The position numbers were made by a program, and so were the translations under genes. The notes below the pieces were generated by a model. That model ran no database searches, was not told the origin of the DNA, and saw nothing but the letters and a program-made list of their open reading frames with translations. Positions 46,301 to 60,439 of a DNA stretch of 64,000 bases are shown one piece after another. The stretch's first letter is position 1; each line of letters starts with the position of its first letter. The DNA is from Lama guanicoe. Taxonomy: Eukaryota. The stretch covers positions 6,823,693 to 6,887,692 of the forward strand of contig MU055549.1 in NCBI GenBank assembly GCA_013239625.1, given 5' to 3'.

Positions 46301-46659
46301 CTCAAGCAGCCATTCCCCACCTTTTGACTTGAAGACTTTTTTATTAAATTAGTAGTTGATATTCATTGCAAAGCATTAAAACTTACAAAAAAAAAAAAAG
46401 CTAGAAGCAGAGGGTGGGAGAGGTACACGTGACCTCAGGCTGTGTCCATCCTGGCCCCTCCTGAGGAAATAGGCCCTTCTGGAACATGGTCTTCACCTTT
46501 AGATCTGCATCTGGGGGTATATTGACCAATCAGAAGGCCTCAGAAATGGTGCAGGAGGCTGACAGCCCTGTGCAAACTGCTTAACATCTCTGTGCAGCAG
46601 ATAATACTACCACTGCCACCACCATCATCAACGTAGGGCTGTTGGGAGGAATAGGGGAA

Positions 46660-46830
46660 ATGTGTGCATGCGTGTGCATATGTTGTGCAAATGCGTTCAC
46701 GTGTCCGTGTGTGTGCATGTATGTGTACGTGTATATCTATATATGGATGTGCGTGTATAAATGTGTGTGTCCGTAATATCTGTTGATATGTGTATGTATC
46801 TTTATCTACACACACACTCACATGTGCACA
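46660..46830. repeat. Degenerate purine-pyrimidine alternating (TG/TA/CA) low-complexity tract
   Basis: tgtgtgcatgcgtgtgcatatg...gtatatctatatatggatgtgcgtgtat...acacacacactcacatgtgcacac. Confidence 0.8.
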
Positions 46831-49279
46831 CTTCACCTAGTGCACAGACTGGCCCGGCGAGAGCTGACAGTTACTGGCTGTTGTGACAACTACAGGAATT
46901 GGGAGGGATGGCGTGGGCTCATTCTGGGCGACTCCAGAGGCAGAACTGGGCCTTGAGGGTGACATTCTGAAGACTCCCCTATTCTTTATTTGTCCATCTT
47001 TTCCTTCTGTATTTAGCCCCCCTTTTCTGTCCTTGCCATTTACTTCTTCTTGTTGGTTCCTCTTCTTGCCTCATCCTTTTCTTTTGAAAATGGAAAGGAG
47101 GCCTGCCCTGTGGCTCTGCTCAGCCTGCGGTGAACTCGGGCTTGAAACAGGGGATTGCGAAATGGTGACAGAATCAGAATCGCCACCTGCCAGAGGAGGC
47201 CGGGTGAGCGTTCTTGTCTCATGTCTGTCCCCCTTGGAACCAGGGTGGAAGTGGCCCCAGGAGCCCACCAGACGCCCCTCCAGATGTCCTGACCTCCCCA
47301 GCCTGGTCTCCGGGGCACCGGTGTCTAGCTGGTGGCCAAGTGGCTCTTGTCTCTCGCAGCAGTGAGGCCACCAGCACACAGTGCCGGGAAGGGGTTAGAA
47401 ATTGCTTTTTGGTCTCCTTAAAACCCGAGTGCCTAGCTCACGGTTAGGGAGCTGGGTCCTGAGTGAGGGAGAGTGATTGCACGGAGGAGAGCCCTGTGGG
47501 GAGGGATGACGCAAGGACCTGGCTCAGAAAGGCCCTCCCTCCCTGTAGCTGCATCTGCGAGCTCTGGGTCCGCAGAGCAAGATGCTTGAAGGCGGCCCGG
47601 GGTCAGCCTTGCCCCATGCAGCCGGTTCTGACCCTGCTGACCTCCCGGCAGCTTTCCTCGCATGGTCTGTCGAGGCTCCTCCGGCCTGGTGTTTTATGTT
47701 AAGCCACAGCCGCCTCCCTTTTGCAAAATGACAGCATGTGTCCTCGAGGGCAGGGCCCAGCCTGAGGGTACGAGTAGTTTATGAGCGGGACTTTCGCTGA
47801 CATTATTAGTTACTGCTTTTTCGAGACCTGGTTCAACCACCAAGCATCGGTTGACTCCCGGCGAGATCTGGGCTGTGCGTGGCCATTTAGACATGGATCA
47901 CATGCGTGGGGGCCAAGATTTCAGAAGAAGCAACAATTAAAGATTACCATGAATGGCATGCCCCTGGGTGTCACAGTCCTTGCTGTATTTTTAACTCCAA
48001 GCCGGTCAGTTTGAAAGAGCAACAAATTGTATTTCTCAGCAGTGCTTCAGACAGAAGGGAGACATTTGTGAGGAGGGGTCGGGATGCTGAAACAGAGGTT
48101 TGATTGATTGCAGCTGCCCACACACTGAGTCCCTGAACCTCCCAGAGCAGGCCTCAGAACAGGCAGCAACTGTTGTGTTAGCAGATGTTGGAGGGGCCCA
48201 CGAAAGCTGGCCGGGTGCAGTTTGGGGTAGGAAAGAAGCATGAGGTAGAAACTACACAGAGAGCTGTGGTCCAGCGGATGTGTCCAGGAGAGGGGGCTGG
48301 CCAGGGCGGTGGGGGCTCCAGTGGGTGAGGGGGGTCGATGCAGGAAGTCATCAGAAGGCTTGTCACTGATGCTCGTCAATAACTCGTGCCTCTCTGCCGG
48401 CAAGGTCGTCCCTGGGTGAGGCTCCCTCTGGTCAGCCTCCTGCTCTGTGTGCCAGGGGTAGGGGGTGGGGGACTGGCTTTAATGAGGGGTGGGCCCCCCA
48501 GCCGCCGTGGGGTGACCCTCACTGGCTGCACTCCCTTCTCAGGCAGCCCTGGCCGCTGCAGGCCAGCTGTGCTTTTTCTGGGCTGGGTCCCTGGGCTCAG
48601 GCCCGGCGTACCCAAACCTTTTGACCTTCTGTGCCCTCTGCCAGCAGCCGGCCACCTCACTTGCTCCGGTTCCTGCCGCCCTGCACCCTGAGCACCCTTC
48701 CTGCTGGCCTAGGGAACTGTGTTGACAGCTAGCAGAGGAATTCAGAGGTGCATCGCCGTTTGCCGCACAGAACGCAGACGGGTGTGAGGATCTCTGCCGG
48801 GTAGTCGTGGAAAGCCCTGGAATTCCAACCGGGGTGAAGTGAATGCTAAATAAAAGTAAAGGCAAAAACCACGATGGGCTCATGCGGATCGTTGCTTCTG
48901 ATGAGGAAGCAGGATGGGCTTGAGAAAGGAAGACGCCTCTAAGACCTGGCCCCTCAGCCTGTGGGCGCCGAGCAGGGCGGCTCTTCCCAGGCTCGTGACG
49001 GACACTGCTGGTCAGTCGTGGCGCTCTCTCTGGTTGCACCCAGAGGAAGTCGTAGAACCCTCCCCTCGGCAACTAGAGCCTGCGAGTTGACCTGCCATCT
49101 CTGCTCCTGTTCCCCCCCTCATTTGAGGGGAGAGTCCAGGGAGTTGGTGACTTGCCCAAAGCCACGTGGCTGCCGAGGAGGCTGGGAAGGCCGGAACCCG
49201 GGCCTCCTGACTCCGGGTTCACTGCCCCTCCTGCTGCCGTGATCCACCCCAGGCGCCCTTTCCAGGCGGCTGACAGAGG

Positions 49280-49435
49280 GTGTAGAGGTGAAAGTGTGAG
49301 CTCTGGAGTCGGAGGGGCTCAGGTCCCCATTCTGCCACTTTTGAGCTGTGGGCCCTCGGGCCAGTCACCCTCTGTAAGCCTCCATTTTCTTGTCTGTGAA
49401 ATGGGAATGACGGTTCCAGTTTCTCACGGGTGAGG
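49280..49435 (+). mobile_element. MIR SINE
   Basis: gctctggagtcgg...tctgccacttttgagctgtgggccctcgggccagtcaccctctgtaagcctccattttcttgtctgtgaaatgggaatga. Confidence 0.75.
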
Positions 49436-50289
49436 GGAGGAGTCGCGCAGTGTGGGTCTTCCCAGGGTGGATACTTTTACAACAGAGCCGCACCCTGTGG
49501 CCCATCTCCTGGGCTCCAGCGGTCAGCTGGGCTCGCCACCCCCGGGACAGGCGGTGTCACTGCAAGGCACGGATCCTGCAGCAGTGGAACAGGTGGGGCC
49601 GGGGCTGGGAGACTAGTTTCAGCCGTCTCCAGTCTTTCCCTTCTCTCAGAAAGAGGTGTGTCACTAGCACCGTGGAACCACCTGATGGGGGTTCTCATAA
49701 TCTGAGGAACACCTGCATCACTCCTTGCTGTCGCCAGGCACAGCCACCAGGTTGCATAAGCTATCTGCTTAAGGTTGCTCGGATCAGGGCCGAGTGTTGA
49801 CACAATAGCTTTGATCTCCCAGGGAAAAGAAAAATAGAAGGAGTTCAACTAGGGACATGCCAGGGAGGCAGCTTTTAATGCCACTTGGTGATTTTCCATG
49901 CTTTAATTGGGAGCCTTTCTGAGCTGAAGGGTGTTTGAGAAGATGTGAGGCCATGAAGCTCTGGGGATACACAAGGTTTTCTGGAGCAGGGGCCTCTGCT
50001 TCGTGCATAAGCCAGTTGCTCAGATGGGAGCCCTCCAGCTCCCTGTAGCAGCTCAGAGCATCTTGGCCCAAGTCTTGCACTGGGTGGTAGAGTGAATGAC
50101 CAGGAACCTGGTGTGGCTGTCAGTGCCCTGCCTAGATGCTGTGTGTGCTGGGCGTCTCTGGTCCCTGATACCATTTAAAAGAGGCCAGGTTTCCAGAATG
50201 TTCTCACAGCACATTGGAATCGTGTGACCAGAGAAATAAGCCATTTGAGCTAATTATTAGAGTGTGGGTGGGGTGGGTGTGGGGGACGG

Positions 50290-50655
50290 CAAAGGTCAGA
50301 GTCAGGAAGGGGCTGGGAAGAGCCCCAGCGTGGCTGGAGCAGGGTGGGTGAGGGCGCCAGGGGGCCTGAGCACAGTGGGCCTTCTTGGTAGGTCCTCTGA
50401 AGAGGCTTATCTTTTATCCGCAGTGCAGAGGGGCAGCAGTAGAGAGTTTTAAGCAGGGGAATGACAGCACCCCCTTCCCCCAGAGCTCCTTCAGGCTTCA
50501 GGGAGCAGCATGGACTGAGGGGTCTGGGGGAGGCGGGAGGCTGTTGGCAGACATGACGGTGAGCTAGACCAGGGCCGGGGCAGTGGACACATTGATTTCC
50601 TGTTAGGGGCTCAGACGTTCTTGAGGTGCGACCAATAGGCCCAGCCAATGAGTTG
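50290..50655 (-). mobile_element. L2 fragment
   Basis: cttttatcc...gagagttttaagcaggggaatgaca...gggaggctgttg...gaccagggccggggcagtgg. Confidence 0.6.
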
Positions 50656-53600
50656 ATCTTGTCAATTAGCTTCCAAGTCACCCCAGCCACAGACCTCCCT
50701 GGGCTGAGAATCCATCACCCTAACTTCCAAAGGTTACTTTCTTTAAGCTACCCTGTTTTTAGAGTTTGCTGATTGTAAGTCCCTCTTGTTTTCTTGCCTG
50801 CAGCCCTCACTTTACCTGTATTTCTTCCTGATCTCCTTCTCAGTAGAAGTGAAGTGTAGCTCGTCACCATGACTGACTTGTTTTCACAAGTGTCCTTGAA
50901 ACCGCCCCACCTCCAAACCCTTATTATACACGAGTGCTTTGCCAGCCCCGGCTGCCCTTTCCCACCCCGTGGAAACTCCATTCCTACCTTCCTCGTCACC
51001 CCCGTCTCCATGTGTCCGACTCCTTTGCTGAAGCTTCTCTGTCCTTCTGCACTTGACCCTGGGCCCCCATTCTGGACTCGGCTGGAGAAGGCCGGGGCGG
51101 GCTGGGGCCGCAGGAGGATTTTCTGACAGCTTTGAAGGCTTGTCATGCTGGATCTGATCTCAGCTGTCCTGCGTCTGGTCTGTTTACAACGGCTGAGGCA
51201 GCATCTCCAGAAAATGAGGGGCCTGCAGTGGCCTCTGTGAATCTCCTAACAGAGCCCAGTGACCCCAGCCCAGCTTGGAAGGCTGCAGGGGAAGGGGCGG
51301 GGAGGATGTCAGCGTTCCCTATCTTACTCCTGCTTCCTTATTGGGGATGTCGGGCTGATGCCTCCGGGAAGGAGCTCCAGGCCCTTGGTGAGCCTGTGGG
51401 TCTGAGAGAGCCTCAGGGGGATTGGAGACAGGGAAGCACGGAGTGGGGTCACTGAGATGGACGTGTGATTAATTACGAGCCAGGCCCTGAGCCGACATGC
51501 CGGGCACCTGCCTGTGCCTTTATCCCGTGCAGACTGCTGGCTTTCCTGGGCACCCACACAGGGTGAAATTAAGCTCGTTTTGCCTTTTACAAAAAGTCTC
51601 CGTTGTCCTAAGTGTGGCATCACATAGAGTCCGCTGTTGACAGGAGCCATTTATCTATAACATTTTTGCGGAATCAGCCATCCCGAGTTACCGCCCTTTC
51701 TTGCAGCTTCAGGCCACAGTCGAGAACTAGAGAAAGCAAACGCCACGCAGGAGGGCAAGCCCTTTGCTGCCTCCCCAGGCCAGCAGGAGCTTGGTTCGAC
51801 TGGACTCGGGTGGGTGTTAGTTGCCTGTTTACGGCGAGAAGGCTAACAGTGCCTCCTTTGAAAGTCTGGCATAGTAGGGCCCTTGGGTAATTCCTTCTGG
51901 GGACAGGGAGGGGTAGCCTTTTCTTTTCTGTCTTGGAAAAGAAATAGTTGGTTCCAAAATATAATGCAACCGCCAGAAGCTTCATTTGTGGGCACAGCAG
52001 TGAGCTCACAGCAGTAATATGTCACTAAAGGCCACCAGGCCCTGCCCCTCCCCTGACACAGTGCAGGTCCTGTAATGCGTTTAATCTTTATGGAGTGGGT
52101 GGTGGTCATGGGGGGCTGCAGCTGTTCCCTTGCCAGAGCTCTGTGCGTGGAGAGTGGGGCAGGCCCCCTGGATCAGCTGGGGCCCTGCAGGGGACAGAAA
52201 CCACCCCATAGGTCCAGAGAGTTCAGTGTGGACAGTTGCTAACCAGGTTTCTGAAGAACCAAGAAGCCGAGATGTGAACACCAGGTATCACGGAGGCAGC
52301 TGCTGCTGGAAGCTGCCTCCGCCTGGCTGAGGGCAGCAGTGGGAATCGGGGTCCTAACCCCTAACTGTTCTGGCCTGTGCTTGTGGCAGGGGCGGGGGTT
52401 GCTTGTTCAGGGGCCCTCCCTCAGGTGTGTGGTCCCTCAGCCACCTGGGGGGAACCCTCTCCCTCCTCTTCAAGGAAGAAAATTGAGTGTTAGCTGCCTC
52501 TCACTTGCCCAGGGGCAGAGCGGTGCCAGGAGCCCTGGCCACTCTTCAGCGCCCACAGCCCGTGGGCCACCGCCTCTCCGAAGGGCCCCTTTGGGGTGAG
52601 TTCGCCACCGCTGGTGAACCACGGGCCCAGGCGGGTCTGGGACCGGCTCTAGGCGTCAGGCTCCCTGGAGGTGAGGCGGGGACGGTGGCCTTCTCACCAC
52701 GGGCCGCTTTGACCAGAATGGCCTCAGGAAGCATAGATGTTATTTATTGTACCCACTGGGCCCAAACCCTGCCCTGATGAAGTAGCCTTGAAGTTCTAAC
52801 ATCAGACTGCCTGAACAGGCTCATCCTTCTAGCCCTTGGACAGACTTCGCATTTCTTGAGCTGTGAGTTTTCTGGTTCGTAAACCAGGGCACCGGGGGCT
52901 TACAGGAGCCCCGTGGTTTGGCACCAGGGCCTCCCTGGAGATTGCTTCAGCTCTGCCCGAGCAGTGCGGCCGGCTGTCCTGTCCCAGGTCCTTCCATCAT
53001 ACACGGCTGGAGCACAAGGCGGAGCAGCCCTGCAGTTTGCTCTGCTGTGCCGTGGGGCTGTGCCCGGGAAGTATCAGTCACATTCTGCAGATGGACATGT
53101 CCACAATCTGGAGTAATCCTCTTAGTGCCCAACCCAGAGCCTTTGATGCCCATTTTTGTGATTTACTGGAAGATCTCTAAACCCCTGGCCCCTGCCACCC
53201 CCCCTCATCGTGAGTGGCTCGTCTTGGCAGGTGGGAGAGGGGGTCACAGCCAGTCCTGCACTTGCCCAAGCCCAGGGCTTGGCCGCACCCCCCTAACCCC
53301 GAGCCAGACTGTTCTGGATGCAGCCCCTGGGCCCTCGTCTCCTTCCCCTCCTGGAGTCCTGCTCTCCCTCCAAAATGATGGGCACGCCTGGGTGTCGGGG
53401 GAGGAGGCATGAGGAGTGGGCCTGTGTGTCCCGGCAGGAAGATCCCTAGCAAAGCCCTCACTGGGCTGACTTGACAAATAAGGGGCAAGTTGGCGTTGAG
53501 GGTCTGCTGTGCAGGCGGCCCGGCCAGACCAGGGCTGTACTCATGCTCACATGAGGCGCTCTCCTCGCCCTATCACCCCAGACTTCTTGTCTGCCTCTTT

Positions 53601-54289
53601 CTCATGTGGGAACCCCTGGGAGATAATGAGACTGGGGAGGGCCCTCGTGGGCCGTCTGGCTCGTCTTCTCTTGTCCTCCCATTCTGTCTTGGAGCATCAT
53701 GTGTCCCCTGTGGAAGGATGGATCTTGCCCGGGACTCAGTGCTGTGGTACAGTCATCCAGATGCTTCTAACTGCTTCCAACTCTGGGCAAGCACAGCCTC
53801 CCCATAGCCCCTTGATAGCTGGGACCAGCTTTAAGCAGGCCTAATCCACCTAGAGAAGTTCCGTCTCACTGTAATCTGGAACAGTGTTGCACAGTGGAAT
53901 TTTCCGAGAATAGATGGCAAATACAAATGGGAACGAGTATGCAGGCGGGGAGCCAGTGGATGAAAAGACCCTTTTCTGTGGGGACAAAGCCACCTGGGCA
54001 GAAGCGGCCCAGCGCAGCGTGTTTGGGGCAGGCGTTTTAGCAGATGTGGGCTGATTGTGCAGCTTTCCTCATTTGGCAAGAGAAAGGAGATGGCACCTGA
54101 AATGGTGTGAGGTTGTCACTCAGCAGAGACGCCAGAACTTCAGCATGATGCAGCTGGGGAAGCTGTGGGCAAATACGTGCGCCCGCGTCTGCCCCAAAGC
54201 TAGGACGGCAGGAAGTGGAGAGGCGGGCCTGGCCTGGGTCTCTCCTGGGAGGGCTCTGGGCTCCAGGGCCAGATGGGCCTGGCATGGAG

Positions 54290-54430
54290 TGTTGGTGTAC
54301 CACTCACCAGCTGGGTGGCACTGGGCAAGTCACTGTCCCTCTCTGGGCCTCTGTGTCCTCTTCTGCATGATGTGAGTATTGAACTTGTGAGAGCACCAGG
54401 GTCAGGCCTGGCGCACGGTGTGCCCTCGGG
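54290..54430 (+). mobile_element. MIR SINE
   Basis: ccactcaccagctgggtggcactgggcaagtcactgtccctctctgggcctctgtgtcctcttctg. Confidence 0.65.
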
Positions 54431-54839
54431 GAACCTTGGCCCTGGGATGGATGTTGTCACCATTATCGTCATTATGATTTTTTTGATTTATTGTTATTTG
54501 TGACCTTGAAGTCATTGTTCTTAGCGTGATGGAGAGCCCAGTGAAGGAAGCAGCACTCTGCCTGGAGGCCTGAGGAAGGGCTGGGAGGCTGGAGCAGAGG
54601 GTGGGGAGTGCCGGGCGCTCCCCTACTCCACCCTCAGGTGGCCCTGCCCAGCCCTGGGGACCCAGGGGGCTCAGGGGGTGGCCTCTGACCACACAGGTGG
54701 CATGAGAGGCAGCAGCTGTGGGGCTGCTGACTGTTGGCAAGTGAGGTGGCAGCACATTTGCAGAAGGAACTCATCTGAACGTTCTCCTCAAAACAGCCCT
54801 GTGCGTGCATCGTATCCATTTTAGAGGAGGTGACTGAGT

Positions 54840-55126
54840 CATGCAGTGGAAACAGATGTGAACTACAGAAATTTAAATTTTCTAGCAGCCACATTAAAAA
54901 GAAAAAAGGAACGGGTGAAATTAATTTAATAATATCTTTTATTTAACACTGTCATTTCAACATGCAATCAAAAGAAATCAATCATTAATGAGATACGTGC
55001 TTTTTTATACGAAGTTTCCAAGGTCGGGGCATGTGTTACATTTGTAGCACATCTCAGTTTAGACTGGCCTCATTTCCAGTGCTTAGTGGCTTCACGTGGC
55101 TGGTGGCTCCTGTAGTGGACAGTGTG
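54840..55126 (+). mobile_element. MER33-like hAT-Charlie DNA transposon
   Basis: aatttaaattttctagcagccacattaaaaagaaaaaaggaacgggtgaaattaatttaataatat...agcacatctcagtttagactggcctcatttccagtgctt...gtggctggtggctcctgtagtggacag. Confidence 0.85.
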
Positions 55127-57371
55127 TTTGCCCAAGGTCACATTGCATTAAGTGGCTGAGCTGTCAGCCCCTGGAGCTCACAGCACAGGCAGGCAGGCAG
55201 GTAGGGAGGCTCTGGGGTGTGGATATGAGGGCTGGGACCAGGACTCAGCCGTGGTTTGAGTGGCTCGGCTCTGCCACTTACTCAGACCCTGTCCTGCGCG
55301 AGGCCCTAGTGCCGGCCAGTAAAGGAGGAGCTGGCGAGAGGCCTTGCTCTGACGTGCGGGTTCCGCAGGGCTTGCTCTCTCTACCCGAGGACCAGCGTCA
55401 GGGAAGAGCAAGCCTGGGAGGCCTGAGTGATGGACTGTTTGGAAGCTCTCTCACGGAACCTGGACATCCTGGTCACCTGCTGTGACCCCTGTGGTCGGGG
55501 AGGGGAAGGGGTCGCCCTTATTCTGAGAGCCCACTTTCTTCTCTAGGGTGTTCTTTTCCTACTAAAGTTACTGGACATCTTCAGCCCCACTTTGCTTGCT
55601 GTTCCTGGTGTGTGGCCAGGGCAGGGCTGGGGGAGAGGGGTGGCAGTAGCTGGGGTGTAACGAGGAAGCAAGGCTGGCTCTTCTCGCGGTGTCTGGGTGG
55701 GGGTGCCGAGATAGGCTTTGTGGTGCCACAAGCCCTGGGCCACTTCTGCACTCGATGACTGGGTGGTGCACTTGTACCCATACGCTCCCCGAGCAAGCAC
55801 GTGAGCCAGGCCCTGCACAGCTGACCCGTTCTAGGCCCTGCCCTTGGTGGTGGGCCACGCGTCACCCAGAACTCGAGCAATGAGCTTGATCCCAGAGCAG
55901 TGCCAGGGCAGGTGTGGAACAGCCGAGGCAGAATGTTGTTCCAGAGCTGTCCTGTCCTTGGGGCATGGCAGCCTCCTAGCCACAGTTTTTCTGGAAAGTT
56001 CTATTTGTGGTTCTAGTTTGTGCCCCCTGCCAGGAGAGGCTTACAGGAAGGTGGGGCCTACAGCTGCAACAGCCTGGGAACTTCAAACATAACCCCGCCC
56101 ACCACGGGAAACTTCTAGGCCCTCAGACTCCAGGCAGCAACGACGCTGTGAGCTGGTTCAAATCAGCACGTATTGACTGAGTACCAGCTGTGTACAGCTG
56201 CCTGAACCGGGGCCGCGGGGGAGACCAGCGTGCGTGAGACCCTGTGCTTACCTTTAAGGAGCTTGCAGGTGACAGAGGGGTCAGGTGGGAGCACCGCGTC
56301 AATGCTGCCAGCTCCAAGCCAATGGAGTGGTCATGTCCTCCGAGGATCTGGACTCGTCCCTCCATTCGGCCACCGCTTACCAAGCACCAGCTGTGTGTCA
56401 GCCCCTGTGGGCTCCCAGGCTGCAGCAGTAGACAGGACCATCAGCTCTGGCCTTCTGGAGGCCACAACATGGACACATCGTCACACGGAAACCTGGGCAG
56501 TGTGACCAGCACTTGCAGCTCTGCCCTCTGAGCCTCGTTCTCCTTACCTGTTAGGTAGGATCCACGGTGGCCGTTGCTGGGGTTCAGTAAGAAGATGAAG
56601 GCGGGACAGACACGCACTGACACTTGGTGCCCTCGCCCGAGCGTTCCAGGAGTCTGGCCGTAGGAACCGTGGGCACGTGGTGGGTTCTCCCTGACGTGTG
56701 CAGGGCTCGGCCCCTTTGCGGGGGTGCAGAGAAGCTCTCTGGTGGGCCTGGGCATGGTGCGCCAGCCACAGCTCAGGCTGCGCCTCAGCTGGAGTGGAGA
56801 GGAGAGACATGGCAGAAAGATGATCCCAGGACAAGAAGCTAAGCTGTTTGGCTGGATCGTGGCTGGGATGGAGCGTGACAGGCCTGAGAGCCAGCTGGAG
56901 AGCTGGGGCCTTATTCTGTGCAGTGGGGAGCCAAGGACAGGATGAACAGGATGGTGGGGTTTGGAACCTGAGTCTGGCTAGGGGCAGGGGTGCAGGGAGC
57001 ACCCCAGGGCAGGGAGAGAAGGCTGTGTTCCTATATCTGGTGGCCCTTGGTGGAGAAGGCGGAGCTGGGAGCCCTGCAGGCTGAACCGCTTGGGCCCAGA
57101 GACTTCAGGGAATTCCTTGCCTGGTTCCTACAGACCTGTGAGTCTATGGCTTGGTGCAGACTGGGCGGGGGTGCCTGCTGGCTGACTTGACCCCTGTGAG
57201 GCCCCTCAGGTGAGCGGTCCCTCTCCCTCAGCAGACAGCGAAGTTAATCAGGAAAAAAGAGGATGACCAAGTTTGCCTTTAAGGAAGTGAACTGAGTCAG
57301 AAATGGCTTCTTTTTTCCCTCTTAAGAGCCAAGAAAGCCAGAGGCCACACTCCTGAGCAGTGAGACCATGG

Positions 57372-57410
57372 GGTTTGGGTCACCTGCCTGGTTTGGGTCA
57401 CCTGCCTGGT
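57372..57410 (+). repeat. Perfect 18-bp tandem duplication (ggtttgggtcacctgcct x2)
   Basis: Directly visible. Confidence 0.9.
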
Positions 57411-57639
57411 CATCCTGCTGCCCACACTGTCCCTTCTATTCAGAAATGAGGACAGCTTGGTTCATGTTGAGAACCCTTCACCAGAGCCCTCCACCTCATG
57501 TGGCCTGGGTCCCACTCCTTGAAACTTTGGTCAACATGTAAATGATAACATTGATGACTCTTGCCACGTGTGGCAGTGCACTTACACTGGGCCTGCGTGT
57601 CCCCATGCTCCCTTGCACTCTGGACCAGGGATAAGGCTT

Positions 57640-57790
57640 GTGTTTGTGTAGTTACATGTTGTCTTTATTACAATCCTGGAAAGTGAGGATTGCTGTTCCC
57701 ATTTTGCAGAAGAAGAAACTGAGGTTCAGAGTGGCAGCCAAGCTCATGTGGCTGGGTGTGGCAGGGCTCTGAGGTCCAGGCTTGTTCTAC
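57640..57790 (-). mobile_element. MIR SINE
   Basis: acaatcctggaaagtgaggattgctgttcccattttgcagaagaagaaactgaggttcagag. Confidence 0.75.
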
Positions 57791-58855
57791 TCCTTGTCAG
57801 GGGGCCAAGGCAGGCCTTGGGGTGCCAGGCCCATGCCATCATCTCAGGCGTCCACACAGGGGTCAGGGGCAGTGGAGGCAGGGGTCATGGAGCTGAGGAT
57901 TGGCTAGGAGCGAGTCTTCCCTCCTTGGCTATGGTGGGTCCTTGGTGGGATAGATCGGACCTGGACACGTAAGGCTCTGAGGACAGAGAAGTGGCTAGGC
58001 TCAGGGGTCAGTACCCAGTCTTGGGGTGGCAGCTGGGATCTCATGTAACATCACCAGGAAGGCCCGATCTGGTCCCTGCTCTGCCAGCTGTTGGAGCTGT
58101 CTAGACTGTCTGAAGTGACAGTTGTCACCATTCTGGATGAAGTAGGCTAAAATTGGATTATTACCGAAATCTGAAACTTCAGATCGAAGTCATGGCACTG
58201 AGCAAGTGCCTAAGTGGGGGCACTAATGGTGGCCTTGATGAAGCCCAGGGACCTGCATGAGGAGCCCCAGGCTTTTGAAGCAGTGCCTGAGGCTCAGCAC
58301 GAGGGGCCGGAGTGGAGGAAATGAAGGGCACCTCCCTTCACGGACCTTCCCGACTGCCCGGGCCCTAGAGAGACCCTGCCGTGTAGGCTTGGCCCAGAGC
58401 TGGCCAGCAGGGAAAAGGAAAACGCAGGCCCAGCGTGGGCCTCACCCCAGGTTGCGGAATTCTTGTTGGGCCTCTTTGGAGGCTGGACGTCCAGGGCAGC
58501 TGGACTTGCCTTCGTTCTAGTCCGCTGGTCCCCTCTCTCCTTCCTCTGTGGTTTTAGGTGGGACAGAGAGGAGCCACAAGCCCCTCTCTGCCTGGGCCTC
58601 CCCTGACCCTCAGCCCTGTGCCTGTGCTGGGAGGGGCAGGAGAGGCCACCCTTGTCACAGAGCAGGACCTTGGGGGATCCAAGGCCCAGCGTCTGTTGAA
58701 TTCTATATAGGATGTTACTTACCGTTTTATAATGATAGATTCAATATTCTAACTAGATCTCTGCTGAGGAGGCCCCTGGGGGTTCAGTGGAACTCTGCAG
58801 TTATGGCCAGTGTCTTCCAGGAGTGGTGACAGCCATCACCTCAAACCATGTATAT

Positions 58856-59030
58856 CAGAGTCGGGAAACCACTGTTAGCCTTTTTTGCAAATAAAGCTTG
58901 AGTGGCACACAGCCTTGCCTGTTTGTGTACTGTTCCCTGCGGCTGCTTTCGTGCTACCAGAGAGACACGTGGTTCTCAAAGCTGAGAATGTTTACTGTCG
59001 GGCCTTTTAAGAGAATTTTACCAGCCCCTA
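58856..59030. mobile_element. MER58A-like hAT-Charlie DNA transposon
   Basis: Degenerate terminal repeats cagagtcgggaaac / tttaccagccccta. Internal ttttgcaaataaagcttgagtggcacacagcc...ggctgctttcgtgctac...aaagctgagaatgtttactgtcgggcctttt. Confidence 0.8.
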
Positions 59031-60439
59031 ATATAGATGGCCCCGTGCCTCAGTTTCTCCATTTGGAAAGCAACTTGAATTTGGCGATTTCTCAGAGAGC
59101 AAGTCCTAGAAAGGGCTGGGCACCGTGATCCTGGCGGTCAGGAATGTGGGGGTGATGTCATGTGGCCTGCCTGATTGTCTCAGGCTCTGCCGAGCCCAGC
59201 CTGGGCCCCTTTGCGGCTCTCCTGCGCTCCTCAATTGGCAAATGAGGAGGAGGTGCTGGCGGGAGCTGCCGGAGCCTGAGTTCTGGCTCACCGGGGCCCT
59301 GGTGCCAGGAGTTGCTCCGCGTATCTCAGGGCACAAAGGCACGATGCCTTTTTAAAATGAAACCGTGTTCTCCCAGCGGCCTTGCTCTGGAAGCGTTTGC
59401 TGGATTGCGTGTCCAGTCCCAGCATAGCCATCCTTGGAGAATGTGGGCTAAAGCGAGGAGTGTTCCTTTCCTTCTGATTTCACTTCCTCCCTTAATTTTC
59501 TCCTGTGCCTCGAAGAATTTTGGTAGGGCTGTTCCACCCAGGACAGTAGAACAAAACTCAGACCCAAACTGCAGGGGCGGCCCCGGGGGTTCTCATCATT
59601 CAAGACCAACCCCTAGAGAGTTCACCCTGGCCGGGGATCCGGAGGTCTCTCTGCTGGCCAGATGCGTTCCAGCCCCCGCGGCGGACAACCAACTCGGAAG
59701 TTGCTAGAGGATATTAACTTTGTGGTAACAGAACTTGGCCCGACGAGGTGGTTTTGGAACAGCATTGTGAAAATAAGGGTGGGATGGTTGGCTCTGACGT
59801 TTAAAAGCCTCAGATGGCCGTGGTTTTTATCCTGCTCTCCACCTCGGACTCAGTCAACAGAGGCCGGCCTGTCCCAGGCCTGAGGCCACCCCACGCCTGA
59901 GAAATCCGCAGGCACCAGAGCCAGGAGGCCGCGGCCCGCGGCCCAGGAATGTGGTCGGAAAGTTCTTAGTACAACCAAGAGCCACTTCCACCAGTGCTGT
60001 CGGCGTGGGCCCTGCTCAGAAGCTGGCAATGGGAGACAGGAGTGAGGGGTGAGGGGAGAGCGAGCCGCCCCGCTGAGGGTCCTCTCCTTCCCACCTCGTC
60101 CGCGGGGGCAGCCGTACCCCGGGCACCCCTGCGCAGACATGAAGGATATCTGCGGCCGAGGAGCAGGAAGACTTTTTGCTGCTTGGGGGTTGAAAGGTGG
60201 GTCACAATTTTCCAAAGGAGAATTTTAGCTTCACCGGCTGTACATATTGTCTAAGTCCTGGCAACTTAAGCTGAGCTCCAATTGGATGCATGATCCTGGG
60301 GGTTAGGGGGTGTGCATCAGCCCCAGTCCTGGCCTGGGAGAGACAGACGTGTAAGTTGTTAGCCGGGATGAGGCACATGCTAAACTGAGGTCCCAGGAGA
60401 ATTCTGGGGTCTCTGGGAGGGACCGGGCGACAATAATGA

